Assembly (NCBI GenBank): GCA_965203295.1
Contig: CBDBCZ010000012.1
Coordinates: 608,001-672,000 of the forward strand
From: Nitrospirales bacterium
Lineage (GTDB): Bacteria > Nitrospirota > Nitrospiria > Nitrospirales > UBA8639
DNA length: 64,000 nucleotides
Reading direction: 5' to 3'
A program made the position numbers and the translations under genes. Below the pieces are notes generated by a model. It saw only the letters and a program-made list of their open reading frames with translations, was not told the DNA's origin and did not search any database. Numbering within the stretch: the stretch's first letter is position 1; every line of letters begins with the position of its first letter. This document shows positions 48,858 through 63,846 of the stretch, piece by piece.

Positions 48858-51800
48858 AAGCGTAGAGAATTCTTCTGCTGCAGTCAACATAGTTACATTT
48901 CCTCCCTCTCACTGTAACTAAATTGGACCGGTGTCGGAGTCATGAATGACTCACTGGCAGGAATGACTTTCTGGTGACTGCCCCCCCCCCCCCCCTTCCC
49001 CACATTGGAAAAGTCAGCTAAATCACATGACCAGCAAGCAATCAATCTTACAGGGCTTATAGTGCACACCAAAAAAAACAGCTGGCCTATATTATCCATT
49101 AGTCCTACAGTGGCCTAGTGTCCAAATTAGTCTTGTTACACAGGGTGAGTCAGTATAACCATCTTGAGAGCCATCAATAGTGCCGTCCGAATAGGTACTG
49201 CTGTGGCCGGCTGTATAGAAATGAAAATGTTTTAAAATTTCATAATTACATTTAGCCTGCGTGCAAAACTTTTCATTTACCAATTATGGCACTTCCGAGG
49301 ATCAGGAAAGCCTCGCCAGCTAGCTCGAATGTTAGCACAGCAATCAAGAATATTTAATCCTACACCAGCACAGTCAGGCCACTCAAAGCATGTTGACATT
49401 GTAGGCACGGGCGGCCCATTGGTGCCCTTATTTTTATAGCTGCAGGGGAAAAAAGCTATGGTTAACTCACTATGCCATATGTGGCCGTTTTGTGTAGAAA
49501 TTAATTATTATTCTGTCATGTATTTTAACTGTTTCACTGCATTTAAAGTATACCTTATCAATTCTGATAAGGGTGGGACTCAAAATGCATGCAATGCATC
49601 TAGTTGCATCGATCCAAATACTACAGTAAAGATAGTTGCTTCATTTACACAGTGTGTTTGAGTACGAATGCTCAAAGTTTAATACGGGGCTTTTAAATTT
49701 AACGTAGTGATCATATACCACATATGCACACAGCTGCTTTCTGAATTAATGCAAACCTCCGAGCTGGAGTAGGCCTACTGTCAGCTTGGTGTGCGCTGTA
49801 GGAATGAATAATGTTCAGTTTCACCACGGTTTAAATTATCTATGATTTCACAATGTCACAAAAAATTGCATTGAGCTAGCAATTGTGTGCTTTCATTCAT
49901 GCACCTGCATTCACGGCACCGCCTTTGTCCGGTCGATCACGACGGTCTATCCAACTATTATAAAGGCTACCCGGACCGTAGCAGCAATCGCCAAAAATTT
50001 CCAGCTCTGGTTGGCCTTGACAGCGAGGTTTTATAAAGCACAATACAACCTGCACGGGCTGCCCGACAGCGGTCTGCCGCTCATAGCTGCATGCAGGGGT
50101 GGAAATGCAATGGTTAACTCGCTACATGTATGCTATATATAGGTAGTATATGCGATACAGCACATTAGTGCGAACTTAACCTCGGAGCCGGAGCACTTTC
50201 AGCAGTCGCTAGGAATCCCAGTAGTACCAGAATATAGAGTAGTTTCATCTTTGCACGCTGGACGTTCCTGCTCGCGATGTCCTGCAGCTCAGTGGCTGTA
50301 ATCCCACCTGCGAATGCTAATTTGCGACGTTCGTAGCCAATTTATGTAGTAAAGCCATTGGACTTCCAACCAAAACACGCTGTATGACGCAATAAACCAG
50401 TTTAGGACAAATACAACTGGTAGGCTCCACATCGCCATCAGCGCCGCTGCTAAACTCCATCCCTTCAGTGTTCGACATGTACAACAGTAGTCTCGCGGGC
50501 CAGTGGGCTGGCCCGCGAGACTAGTACAACGGCGGGTGAGTGTGTCTTGTAAAGATCTATACGCACAGTGCAAAAAAAAATTCACACGCATAGGCTGCCG
50601 CTGAGTCTCCCGATAGTCAGGCTTTAGCGGCTCCGAGACAGGAGAGAGCAAGAGGCCGGCTAGAATGCATGGATGCGGGATCCTGGCATGTTATGCACAT
50701 TTACTGATTGCAGACGCGCGCGCGCACACACACACACACACACAGTAAGTCCATGCATACTAGCACTGCAGCAAGAATCAATCGAGGGCCTCCTTGAAGA
50801 ATCTGGATGTAGAGGACACAAAGCAACCAAGAAATACTGCTGCTTGCTCTCAGAAGGTTTTTGGAGAGTGTGTATGATTTAGCTATGGTACATGCAAGCA
50901 TACGTTTTTATCCCACCTTACATAGTCTCTAATATTTCATTGGACGAGAGCATGCGGTAGGATACACTTCTGTACTTCCGTAGTTACACAACTACCAGCT
51001 ACATGATAGTTACGCACATGTGCAGTAGTGGAATAAGTCAGATTGACTACGCCCTCTCAGAGGATATATGGCAAAAGTATCCTCCTTGGATACAGAAAAA
51101 AAACACATCCACAGAAGATATACGGGTGCATCCTCCTCTGTGATGTGGTCTATCCCTTTTATGCACAGCATGGTGGATGTGCTGTGCACTTTTCACTCGT
51201 CTACATGAGTTCCTCAGGGGAAACAATGATTAGTGCTGTTTTCTAACTATCATAGTGGACCTAGTTAGAATCATACTGGTATGGCTTGCCAAGAATATCA
51301 GGTGCCCGAGGCCAGGAGCTGTGACTATTATGATTAGCGAGTATGACTTATGTTGGTATTCCACTGCTTGAAAGCCACACCCACTAACACCTTCAATCCC
51401 CAATACACATCTGTTTGTCTCCTAACTATTGGGCTGGGGTTGTAAACATAAATGAAAGGGGTCTCCTTGTGAGCCTAGTGCTCTAAAGGGCATAAAACTG
51501 TTTTCCTTGAATAATAAGGACAAATAGATAAAACTACTCGTCAACATGAGTTTCTCAGGGGAAACAATGATTAGTGCTATATTCTGACTATTTAATTAGA
51601 ATCATTTTGCCATAATTATTTACATTTTCGCATCTCAAGACCAGAGTTGTGACTACGATTAATTATTTCAGTGAGCAAGACTTACATAGGTCAGTATTTC
51701 AATGCTGAGTAGTGCTATTTCCTTCATAGTTAGAATCATACTGGTATGGTGTGACTTGGTGATCCCCAAAAGTAGCTAAGAAGGTATACCAAAACCAATA

Positions 51801-51989
51801 TTCCAATAGGCATGTAAGAAGTGTCATGCATCTAGTGAGAATTTTAACAAATGGCATAATGTCAGCATATCCTTGCCTCAGGTACTGCTTTACTATACAA
51901 ATGGGATCCAGATTCATTCCAAAGGTGTTGAGGGTTTGATCGGGTGTCTCTGCAACACCTTGGGGGTGATTAACCAACACCTTTTGTCC

Positions 51990-52389
51990 GATTTATACCC
52001 AATCTCATTTTGTCTAATCCCATTTTGTCTAACAAAATGTGCACATGTCCCATTTCGTCTAAAAAAAACAAACAAGAGTGAGGAAATGTGACTGTCTCAG
52101 TTCCGGGGAGTACCTAGCTTTGACTTCTGCATGTCTGTCCCAGTAGGTACCTAGGGTAGCTACCAAAGGTTAGGGTTAACTTACACTCAGATCCATTAGC
52201 TTTGTGCTTATAAACTTGAGTATATAAAGGGTGTGTATGACAGGCCAGGAGGCGGGTGAACTGTAACCTAGACGGTCATTCTAACGCTTTGTAAGATGGA
52301 CTGTAACTGAAACAGTAGTTTTAGACGAAGTGGGACATATCTACATTTTGTTAGACGAAATGGGATTAGACGAAGTGGGATTAGGGATG
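51990..52389. mobile_element. Mutator-like fold-back element with 13-bp flanking direct repeat
   Basis: Long inverted arms built from AATCCCA(C/T)TT(C/T)GTCT subrepeats; ACACCTTTTGTCC at 51977-51989 and 52390-52402. Confidence 0.55.
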
Positions 52390-53163
52390 ACACCTTTTGT
52401 CCTTAGGGTGTTTTATTACACCGCCTAAAGGGTGTTCTGCAACACCCCATTTTAACAGTGTAAAATCTGTGAGCGAACCTCTTTGCACTGACAGAAGCTA
52501 CAGTTTTGCTGCTCATTTCCAGTCCATGCAGAGGCATGGGACTCAGACCATACCATGCAGACAACTGGTGCCATATGATTAGACATGTCACAAGCTCCAC
52601 AAACACTACACTACCACAGAGAAGCCATGTACATCAGTAAGTGTCTAATGTTTCAGGTGACATCTGCCTGTAGGCTATAATTTACTGAGATTGTGACATG
52701 CTCATTTGCATGGAGTTCTTTTATTGACTAGGGAGCTCATAAGCTCCTGATTGAGTGTAGCCAATGCAATTTACATGATAAAGGCTTTTTTTATTGGATG
52801 AAGTACCTATGTAAGGGATCATTTGGTATACTGGCCACAATAATTAATGGAGAAGCCTCTGTGTATAATAATGGCTTTGGCTTTGTAGGTACAATTGAAC
52901 ATACTGTACACAGCATGTGAACATAACATGGCTTCCTAATCTCTTATTGTGTGCAGCTAGACTCTTCCCTACTAAAACGGGAGACGGTCTGGTAATGCTG
53001 CCTATATAGCTAGTTGAACGAAAGACCGACATGGTAGCTAAAGACCTGTGTTACGGTTGTACCCAATGCAAACAGGAGTTCTCATGAATAATATTGATAA
53101 TCTCAGTAATTATCTGAGTGAAGTAGATGTGACTCTCTACTATATTGGACAGAAAGTGGTATA

Positions 53164-53334
53164 CAGTGGAACCCCTCTTAAAGACACCCCTGAAATACGA
53201 ATACCTCTGTATTACACTTTGCTATGTCCCAAATATGCTTTCGTAATATAGATTTACCCCTGAAATGAGGACAGCTTTCTACACTAAACACTTCACCAGG
53301 TCCCCAAGGTGCCCACATTAGAGGGATTCCACTG
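53164..53334. mobile_element. Tc1/mariner-type MITE
   Basis: TA|CAGTGGAACCCCTCT..AGAGGGATTCCACTG|TA. Confidence 0.8.
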
Positions 53335-53401
53335 TATACCTATACAAGCTACATGGTTTGGGATAGGCAGTCTTAGCGAGCCTATATACAGCTTTAGTAT
53401 T

Positions 53402-54009
<608 letters not shown>

Positions 54010-54307
54010 TGGAAGGCACTGTCAGTCTTCCAGCTTAAGCCCATCAAAGGGTAATTAGCCCATTGGGGGAGTTTAGGTTTTCCTTTTTGCAATACAGGGA
54101 GGTGGATGTTGACTGAGACAGGTGTTAGACCTAGTCCTATGCAAACACCTCTTTGAAGGACTCTGCTAATCTGCCCATTTCCTTGTTGCCAATGCCAAAC
54201 CTCTAAACCATTTTCTTCCTGATAGCTTTAACTGGCTTCTCACAAATCCACATGTGTGGTGTACTGTTACTGTTTAAATTTGTTTTGGTGAAGCCCTTTG
54301 GTATATA

Positions 54308-54509
54308 CTGTAGGACTGGTTTTAATTGCGTGGTGAAATCATTCTTGTTTTGAATGCAAATTGTGTATTTTGTAATTGCGTTTATGCATGCGCATATTTA
54401 AGTATATGTGTGCATACAGCGTAACGCATGCTTGCGTTCTAATTTTTGCGAACTTATATATATTTTCATTTGCAATTATTAGATTATCACAATTAAACCG
54501 GTCCTACAG
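54308..54509. mobile_element. MITE with C(T/C)GTAGGAC TIRs and TA TSD (second copy at 62631-62807)
   Basis: TA|CTGTAGGACTGGTTTTAATTG..CAATTAAACCGGTCCTACAG|TA. Confidence 0.75.
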
Positions 54510-55899
54510 TACCACAAGGCACCTATTGTCTGTGTGGTAGTCTGATTTCCATGGCCTGAAAATGAGGCTACAAAGTAGCAAAGCTGCTGTTGCCAAGTCT
54601 CATAGAAGTATACAGAGAGAAGCATTAGCATACACACACACCCTTGCATGGATATTAACACACTGTGTGGTTACTGATCGTGATGTCACTATATCTGATT
54701 TTACATGCAACTTCATATGCATGACAAATCTCTTGCTCGTGATATGTTACTAGGAAATTCATATCCTTTGTAGCTACTTCATATGAGGTTGCATGTCAAG
54801 GACTAAACTAGTTATTCAACCTAAAGTTTGAGAAACTGTATGAGGATGGCACATGTGCTAGAGTGCTGGGCACTGCTGGCGCAACCACTGTACCTAAGCT
54901 GCATGTGCGTTGATAGCCGCAGAGTTTGGGAAGTTAGCTGGTGAGTAGTTGAGCACAATGTGTGAATGCAGTACAACATACAGTGTGTGAAAAAAGAACC
55001 TTGCTACTACAAGTTTTGTGACGAAGAGGTCAAATCAAACATGCAGTAATACTTTGGGACCATCTGTGCCTTACGCCAGGGGCACACAAAGGGTTTTTGT
55101 CCGATACGAGAATAATATAGGCCAAGCACTGCAGGATGAGTGGAGTCCAGTGGAAGTAGCCACCAGCAGAATGAAGTGGCTGGGATTGGTGGTAAAACTT
55201 GTAAATACTTTGTTTTATTGCAATGTAACTATTTCATTACAGTAATTGCTACAACAATGGTAAATGCACTGGAAGCATGCACAAGTGGCTGGTTGTACTT
55301 TTTTCATTAGATTACAGTGCTTCTTTCGAATTTTTAATTTTCTGCGGTCACGGGCTGGGTGATCTCTGGTTCTTTCCGGGTCCAGGATTCCCTTGGTTGC
55401 AGTCAGAGCTCTTTCTATTCTTTCTATGCTTCTCTCTTTTTCTCTATATCATGATTTCAACTTTTAATTTGCCCATGTGTAGCAATGTGATTACTTAAAA
55501 TGGTCATGTGCTTAACTAGATTGGATAGTTTTAGTGTAAGGGGTTGCATGTAGTGTAGATATAGTTGTGTGGGTAAGGATAGGTATAAGGGCTGCTTTGG
55601 TTTTTCTTAGGCCTAGAGATTGCAGTAATAATGATTAGGATACCTTTCAGTTTTCTTGCATTATATTATAGTCTGTAGAGCATAACCCTCGTGCATGCGG
55701 TCTCCTTTAGCATCGAAGCCCCCACTAGCCCCCTCAGCATCAGAATCTTTACTCTTTCCATCGTCACCTTCAGTACAATTTTCGCTACCTCCACCATCAC
55801 GGTTGTTGTTACCTCCATCATCGCAGTCTATACCATCATGCAACAGAGACCTCAAAGCTTTTCTGTGATTGAGATTTTGACAGAGCCTCTGTCAAAATC

Positions 55900-56888
55900 T
55901 CAATCACAGAAAGGCTCAATCTTAGCCCAGGAGATAACTCCCCAACAGCAACAGGAAATTGCCTTGGCAACAGCTCCAAGTCAGGGTGACGATATCCTAT
56001 CAGAAAGGTATCACATCCAGATCACTCGAGCATATATATAATTATGTCCTGTCTTATGGGACTTCAATGGCTTCATGATGAGATAATAAATTTCTACTGC
56101 AATCTTATCACTGAGCAAGTCAACAGTGACAATCAATGCATAACATACTCCATGAGCTCATTTGTTTACCTCAAGCTGATGGAGGCTGGTTACAATGGTG
56201 TTTGTCAGAGGACCAGCAAAATAGATCTACTGGCATATGATGTGATCCTCATCCCTGTTCACCAGGGAATGCATTGGTGTCTCGCAGTCATGCATTGATT
56301 GCAAAAAAAAAGAGTTTGTTTATTGTGAATCCCTTGGTGGCTGAAACCAAAGTTGCCTTTCCAGATTGAGGTAAACATACAGATGCACTATACATGTACC
56401 TACATGGTGAGGTATTAAGTGTTTACACCATTATAGGAGAAAGAAAAGAATATAGCTGACTGTGCTGTGTCCACTGCACAGTCCAGGGGCGAGACCTTTA
56501 ATTATTCAAGGAATTATATCATCATAAAGGAAGGGACCGCCTTACTTGCAAATTATGCTTACACACATTCAGAATATTCCTATACAGCAGAACGGCTCAG
56601 ATTGTGGTGTGTTCACTTGCATGGTGAGTTGAAAATGAATTCTGCAACCTATAACATGAACAGCGCAAAGTTAAACCTATGCAAGCCTTCATTAAAAGTA
56701 TCCTTCGATAGCGAATTTTCCCAAGCAGGGAAGTGTAAAAGATCGTTTGACCAACTATCTAGTGTCACACCTATAGTATTGCATTATAGCTTGAAGCCAT
56801 ACAGCATTGCTATAAGCATTTCCAATACTACCCCATTATGCAGTATGCCCGGCACAGAGCAAACAACATGTTGTTTACCTTCTCACAG
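55900..56888 (+). pseudogene. Ulp1/SENP-like (peptidase C48) pseudogene
   Basis: QWLHDEIINFY, DVILIPVHQGMHWCLAV (catalytic His), IPIQQNGSDCGVFTC (~56575-56622, catalytic Cys), YARH..FTFSQ. Frameshifts near 56040 and 56295 and in-frame stops. Confidence 0.85.
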
Positions 56889-57360
56889 GTAAGCAATTAC
56901 ATGTTTGTAGTATACAATAATTTCAGTAACAATGCTTTTGCAAATCCTATTTCTACTGTGCAGCAACAGATGCTAAAAATTGGACGACTTATTAAGGTAA
57001 GGCGGGGTAACTTGGAACGCAGTCTTCATTTGGCTCCCCAGACCAGAACAAACATCGTTAAGAGAAATTTGTGGGGTCCTTTAATAGAGGATCCCACAAA
57101 GTTCTCTCTCAATGTCTGTTCTGGTCTAAGGGGCAGAAGAAAGAGTTCGTTCCAAGTTACCCCATAAATATTGCAAAAAGTTTATAATTATGTATTAAGT
57201 TGATATACACTGCTGGAAAGTAACTTTCTAATCTGACCCGCGACTAAAACTCTTTCTTGATAACGCGCATCATAACAAAGTTTGCTATACTGGAAGTGAC
57301 TCGGCGGATAATGTATTGTCCATGATTTCAGCCCTGAGCTATGGCATATGGCATGAAGAC

Positions 57361-59593
57361 ATGGCAAGCAAATTTCCTTCACTAGAAGAGCTACTGCAGA
57401 GTGTTTCAGAGAAGTCCCTTGAAGAGCCATGTTCCGATGAACACATCGTTGAGATAGCCCGTGAAATAACGGCCTGGAGGTTAATTGCGCCCCATTTGGG
57501 TCTCAAAGCAGTTGATGAGGAGGACATCCTTCAGAATCAAGATGACGTGCGGATACAGCGAAGAGAAATGCTGAGAACATGGAGGCAGAAGTTAGGATCT
57601 AAGGCCACATATAGTAGTTTAGCCAAGGCATTGTATAAGACCGAGAGAGTAGACCTTGTAGAAAAGCTTGCTGAACTACTGACAAAGGTACATATAGCTG
57701 AGACACTGATAAAGGCAGCTGCTACTAGTAGCCCCAAATTAGGTCCTTCATCGTTTAAATTTCCCTCCGACTACTCTGAAATCGTTAAAGAGCAGGAAGC
57801 TCGTCTTCTTGGAGCAGTAGATCTGAGGTCGTTGCTGCAGGACTTCAAACGAGTTGGAAAATTGGTCTACCATGGAATAATTGCATACAAAGCAGGGGGT
57901 TCGATACCTCAGTGTGTTGAATTGCGGATAACGATGAAGGACCTTGGCTACGACATTGCACAGCTCTGCGACAAGTCCGCCCGGACTGCTGCCCTGGCCT
58001 CCGGTAGTATTTTAGTTGACCTGAAGTGCACCTTGCTTGAAGATCCAGAAAAGTCTGTTGAAATGTTGGATGTTGTTAAAAAGTTTGCAGATGGCATGAC
58101 GATAGCTGCAGAAGTGCTTCAGCTAGACTTTGAAAAGCAGGCAGACAAATTTGATAAATTGCTGTCTGTTTCAACGAAGGCACTGGCAGGCGAACAGGTA
58201 CTAATACCTATTGTGTAGCTATAGTTATCCTGGTCATTTGGATTCTACATATTATATATATAATATATAGTATTAGTTATAACATGCCCAGGAGGGATGT
58301 TGTTGGTTTTAAGCACCATGGCAAAACCCAAGGGGCAGAGTGCTTATCAATCAACAACATCCTGACTGGGCGTGTTTTATTTGATTTTGCCAAGTGGTTA
58401 CAGGTGCCTGAAGTTCCTAATACCTATTGTGTAGCTATGGTTATCCTTGTCATTGCATTCTACTTGTATATATGGCTGGCTATACCCATCCCATAATTTT
58501 GCGACATGCACAATCGCTATGTCATTATTGACATGCAGTTCATACATGGACAAGCATACTAGTAGAGCTTCAGAGTTTGAATTAAGTGATAGTGAATCGA
58601 TCCGAGCAGGCTGGTAACTTGCTACAAATTGAGGATGGCTATAGGCCTATAATAGGCTATTAATAGCCGCCCGGACTATCCAAACCTTGAACAAGGCTTG
58701 CAAACTAAAGCTAAGCAAGGAAATGTGGAAGTGGCCAGGACTGTATGTGGAACTCCACCAGCTATGTGCCACGTAACCTTCTCGGGCCTGGGGTCTACAC
58801 TCCGGTCCCCGCCTCAACAGCACCTTCCACTGCGTGCATCAACCCTGCCGCTGTTTTTCCCGCTCTTCTGTCCAGCGAGCCCTGCTGTAGCAGCAGCCCA
58901 TCTTGCTACAGTAGGAAGCCAACTACAGAAGCTGTGTAGCAGACGTCACTAGCATTGCTTAGCAATGCTGCCAACAGCCAATGAAAGCCATGCAACAAAT
59001 TAGATAAAGCATGCCTACGTGGGCTACAGGCTAGGCCAATATCGGCGCCGCACGGGTATGACATACGTAGAGCCCCCATGTCAATATCTGGGCAGTAACC
59101 CTTGTAGGCATTCTATATCTAATACATAATATATACATAAAAGTTTAAATATTTAAGTCATAATTTTAATGATTTAGAAATGCGATAACACTTTCTTTAA
59201 ATTATGTAGGAAATGCTTGCGGCCCCCAAACTTGCATATAAAGAGAAAAGTGAACGAGAAAAGAACATGGCTGAAGCTGCTGTGGACGCAATACATGAAG
59301 CGACAAAAGTTCTAAATCAGCTCTCACTGATCATGACACTGGCGGCCAGCTTCTGGTACCACGTGCAGCAGCATTGTCAGTCACTTGCTAAATCGAGAAT
59401 GAAGGACAGGATTGAAAGAACCCTGCACCATTTTCCCGAAGAAAGGTGACTGAGGATATGGACGTCTAAAGGATTCAAAATCAAAGCTGTAGATTTTTTC
59501 GCTGGATGGGTGGCTCTGAATGGCATCTGTACGAAATACATTGAGCAGATTAAACTGACTGAAAGAGATCTCCATGAATACCTCAACCTGTGA
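57361..59593 (+). pseudogene. Death-domain + long alpha-helical domain gene, 2 exons, one premature TGA
   Basis: Exon 1 57361-58197 (Death domain: WRLIAPHLGL..EDI..REMLRTWRQKLGSKATYSSLAKAL..RVDLVE). Exon 2 from 59210; TGA at 59447-59449, after which the frame continues (LRIWTSKGFKIKAVDFFAGWVAL..) to ~59593. Confidence 0.75.
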
Positions 59594-61205
59594 GCAGTCT
59601 CGAAGATTTCTTCCAGATGTTACGGACTAGGACATTGAACCTGAACGCTATTCACATTGAACCCTGAACCCTATAAATATTCATGCTTCATGCACGTGAC
59701 CTGTCTTTGTTAGTCTTTTGTTCTAATTGTATGTACACGTTACCGTATAATCAGTATATTGATTGAGTGGTTTGGAGAAGGGTCGTAACACAGAATTGGC
59801 TAAAGAATTTGAAGCCGACTGAAAAGTGCCCTATATGCAATCCCCGTCAGCACTTCTGTCTACTAATGAAAATTAATAATAAAACTGCTCATAGTTCTGT
59901 GACTGGACTTGTGACACTATAGCAGTTTATTAAGATTAAAATTGATAGGATTAAGAACTTTCTAGTTTTGCAATTAAATGTCATAATGGCAGTTTACATT
60001 GATTTTCACAATAGCCAAACCTTAATTACAACTTTTTTCTTGATCATTAATGTCAACATGCAGAAAATGTAATACTGCATGCAGATATCTTTACCTGTGT
60101 GAAACAGTTAATTTTAATATTAGCTACAGACTTTACCAAAAAGTGCAAAACCATTCCTGTAGGGATGCACTTCCGTAAAAATAAATGAAACAAGACAACT
60201 TGTACCGTAATGCATTCACAGACTACCTACACATCAAGATCAGTGACATCACACAACAATGCATTACAGAGTACCTACAAATCACAGTGCAGTAAGTTTA
60301 TGGAGACCATCCTGGGTAAGGAGATGTAGGGAGGATGGTCTCCGTAAAATTGCATTGTGCTTTCTACTCTGTATCATATTGTGCTGTGATGTGTAGGTAG
60401 CCTGTGACCATAATATTATTGCAGGGCGAGTTGTTTCTTGTTCATTTCTTTTTACAGAATTGTATCCTGGAGGGTTATGTAGAGGTATAGCTGCCAGATT
60501 CATCCCATTCGAGTGAATACAGGGTACTTACAGACGAGCTCGAGTGACTGGGTGAGTCTTCCTTACGACACTCATGAGAGTCTGGCTACGCAGTTATTCT
60601 TCACCAATTATCACTTTTTAGTTCGTCACAATGATGTAAACGCTTGGTAGCTTTGGTATTATTATAGGACTTTTTGAGGCACATGGCAGAAGGGGTATGC
60701 TCAAGTAGGTACATTTTGTCTGATGGGTAGTTTGGTTAAAATCAGCATGTCTGAGGGGTCTATGATTTGTCTGAGGAGGCTAGATGATTTGTCCTAAGGT
60801 TCTGCATGGACCTCCATCTCAACCACCCTGTTGTCTGATGAAGACTCGGCTGCATGTATAAGGCCAGTTTTCCATAGTGAGCCCAGCATCATGAAAGCTT
60901 CCTTCTACAGCTGGGACCACCTTTCAATCTTGCCCAGTATATTATTCTGTTTAAAACAGCTGTAGTCATACTACCTTGGTTGGATGTGGATTCCATCCCT
61001 ACATGTCCTTTGTTTTTAACCTTTACCAACCATAAGAAACAGCTTAAAGAAGCAGAAAAGCCCGTACAAAGTATTAACGCCTAGTATTAAAACCCCATAT
61101 AAATTCATATGGGTTTATGGGAGCTCATGACGCATATATGCGTCATTGGTTGGTAAAGAGTTAACTGGCACTCTACCTGATTTGTAGATTTGGTGGATGA
61201 ATGTA

Positions 61206-61370
61206 CAGTGGAACCCCTCTCATAAAGGACACACCTGAAATAAGGACACATCTTTAAAGGACACTTTGCTATGTCCCAAATATATATACACCTGAAATGA
61301 CGGCACCTCTCTCTCTATACAGGACACTTCACCAGGCGACCAAGGTGTCCACAATAGAGGGGTTCCACTG
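61206..61370. mobile_element. Tc1/mariner-type MITE
   Basis: TA|CAGTGGAACCCCTCT..AGAGGGGTTCCACTG|TA. Confidence 0.8.
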
Positions 61371-61543
61371 TATACCAGATCACCGTGAAATTTCAGTACA
61401 ATGTACGTACATGTAAGTAGATCTAGTCACCAGGATAGGTAAATTTTTTATTGAAAATAAGTACAAAATTATCACTATTTCTAAAATCCCATAAAGAAAA
61501 GGTATCAGCGGAACATTGTAGGGTTAAAAGCCTGCACAACAGC

Positions 61544-63846
61544 TCAAACTGCTACTTCTTCATCCTCCACTTGGTTTAGTTGCTGCAGCTCCTTGCCTAT
61601 GAAAGAAAAAGGATTCAAAACCATATTTCACTCCGCTCTCCTCTGAGCATGCTACTTTCCTGGGGGCAGGAAAATTTAATTACGTGTTCTTGTGTCTGAT
61701 TTGATTTCTACATGAGATTGGAAAATTTGGTGGGAATTCTATTCAGTGAAATAACTTCCAACCAGTCCTAAATAAAATTTGGTGATTGTGAAGCAAAAAT
61801 TTCTGAATTACTACATAATCCATTCAGAAGTTTTGTGTCAAGCGCTCAAACATTACTGCCACAGACAAGACTACGTATATAGGCTCTGTTGTTGGGGGGG
61901 GGGGGGGGGGGTACTGCAGTAGAAGATAGAGAGTGGCAATTGAAGATTCCTACACAGTGGCAGTTACTGTAAACGAAGGACACTACTACAGCCAATCAAC
62001 AACTTGCCCACTATTCCTCCCAGATTCACTGTACATGTACTGTTTCCGGAGCTAGCAGTGGATCCTCAAGGAGGGCTGGAAGTGCTGCCTTGTATGTAAG
62101 ATTTCTCTCTCAAAAATGTTTCTTCATAGGTAGCTAGTTCGACACGTTCAACACCGTTGCTAATTGCCAACCACTAAATTTTCTGCTATAATATGGTATG
62201 TCTTACTGAATTGAAATTCATTATGCACTGCTATAATCATGGAACCGTCCAACGAGAGTGCAAAACAGGCAGAGCAGACACAGGACAGTTTGTTACAGAG
62301 GCCAGTGTTTACTACATGCCAAAATTGTTTGATTGCTGTCTCACAGTACAGTATCGGAAGAGAGGATTTAATTACACTATTGGCAGGAAGTCAACTCATT
62401 AACCCATGGGGTACACTCCGGATCACTATATTGGAGGTGGAGGCACTTCGTGTGTATATGCTTTGATCGCTTAAAATATCTGCAAAAAATGCAGGGAGCA
62501 GCCAGAGGGAGTGGACATGGAAAGAAGAATAATGTTCCATGCCTCCTTCTGTCATTGAGCATTGCTCAGTGGTACTGCTTTCCACTGACACCTTGTATAG
62601 GGCTGAGACTGATGTATGAATGTGTTAGTACCGTAGGACTGGTTTTAATTGCGTAGTAAAATCACATTTTGAACGCAAACTGTGTATTTAAAATAATTGA
62701 ATAATTGCATTATTGCATTATTGCATGCGAGTATACATGTATGCCTATGCGTACTGTGTAATGTGTTCTAATTTTTATAAGCTTCGCAATTTAAAAAAGT
62801 CCTACGGTATGTTTGGTTTGACAGCTCCTAGTCTCCTTCTAGATGTGTTCTTGCTGTTAACAATAATAGGCTTTAGATATACATGTGATTTAGATATACA
62901 TGTGATTTCCGTTGCTAGGTTATTTTGTACACATGTAAGTAATTTTATTATTGAGTTGGTTTGGGTTCGTCTGTGTGGTACTGTGAGATCTGCGGTCTGT
63001 AGTTACCACAGAGTTTGGTCAAACCATTACACCTGGATGTTTGGCAGTGGGCAAATTCACTGTCACTTACGTTTAAGATACTGTTGTAGCTCTGTATCGC
63101 CGCACTGAAGAGACTTGAGGTAGGGGGTATTGCCCTGTAGAGAGGAGCATAATCATTTGGTTATAAGTAGTTACAACAAACGTTAAGACCAGTGCAGTAT
63201 AGAAGTAGCTAGTACTTCCCAAACAGCTTTTTTGGCAGCCCTAGAAAAAAGGAACTACATCTGTATCAATCGGCCTACTGTAGCCAGCCTTTATAAGTTC
63301 TGGAAGGCTTCTTGAAGCTTTAGTGTTGTGATTGAGCTTACTGTAAGCTTTATCGGGTACAACAAAGGGTATAGAATAGTTTCTAGTGTTGTAGTAGCTA
63401 CAATCAAATATTCATATTTAATTTTGACAGTTAGTTATAGAAAAAAGGGATCGAGAGCCTTGTTCTGCAAATTACAATGCCATGCCATCTAACCATTTCG
63501 TAGTGACAATGACACTGAGGAGCTGGTAGGGAGGTCAAAAAAAAAACTAGTAAATTTGGTGTGTATCTAGTTAGGACCATATACTGCTTGCTTCAAATCC
63601 CACTTCTCTACATGGTTGAGTGTACCACACTCATGCAATATCACACTAAATAATCTCCATAGCCTGTGAAGTGTCAAGAGTCCAAATCTTAGTGCAAAGA
63701 TTTTCTATGGGTCTGGGAACGAGGCTATAGGGTATTTACTACTCACCTGATAATCAGCCCTTGTTAATGAAGCTCCCCGCTCAACCAAAGTTTGGCATAC
63801 GATTCCATAGCCATACCAAGCTGCCTTGTGTAGAGCAGTCTGCAAC
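61544..63846 (-). CDS. Last three exons of a DGK-zeta/iota-like ankyrin tail (gene continues beyond the window)
   Basis: 63846-63747 LQTALHKAAWYGYGIVCQTLVERGASLTRADYQ; 63134-63071 GNTPYLKSLQCGDTELQQYLK; 61596-61544 RKELQQLNQVEDEEVAV*. Resembles the type IV diacylglycerol kinase C-terminus (..DTELAAYLE..ETAV), recalled from memory. Confidence 0.75.
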
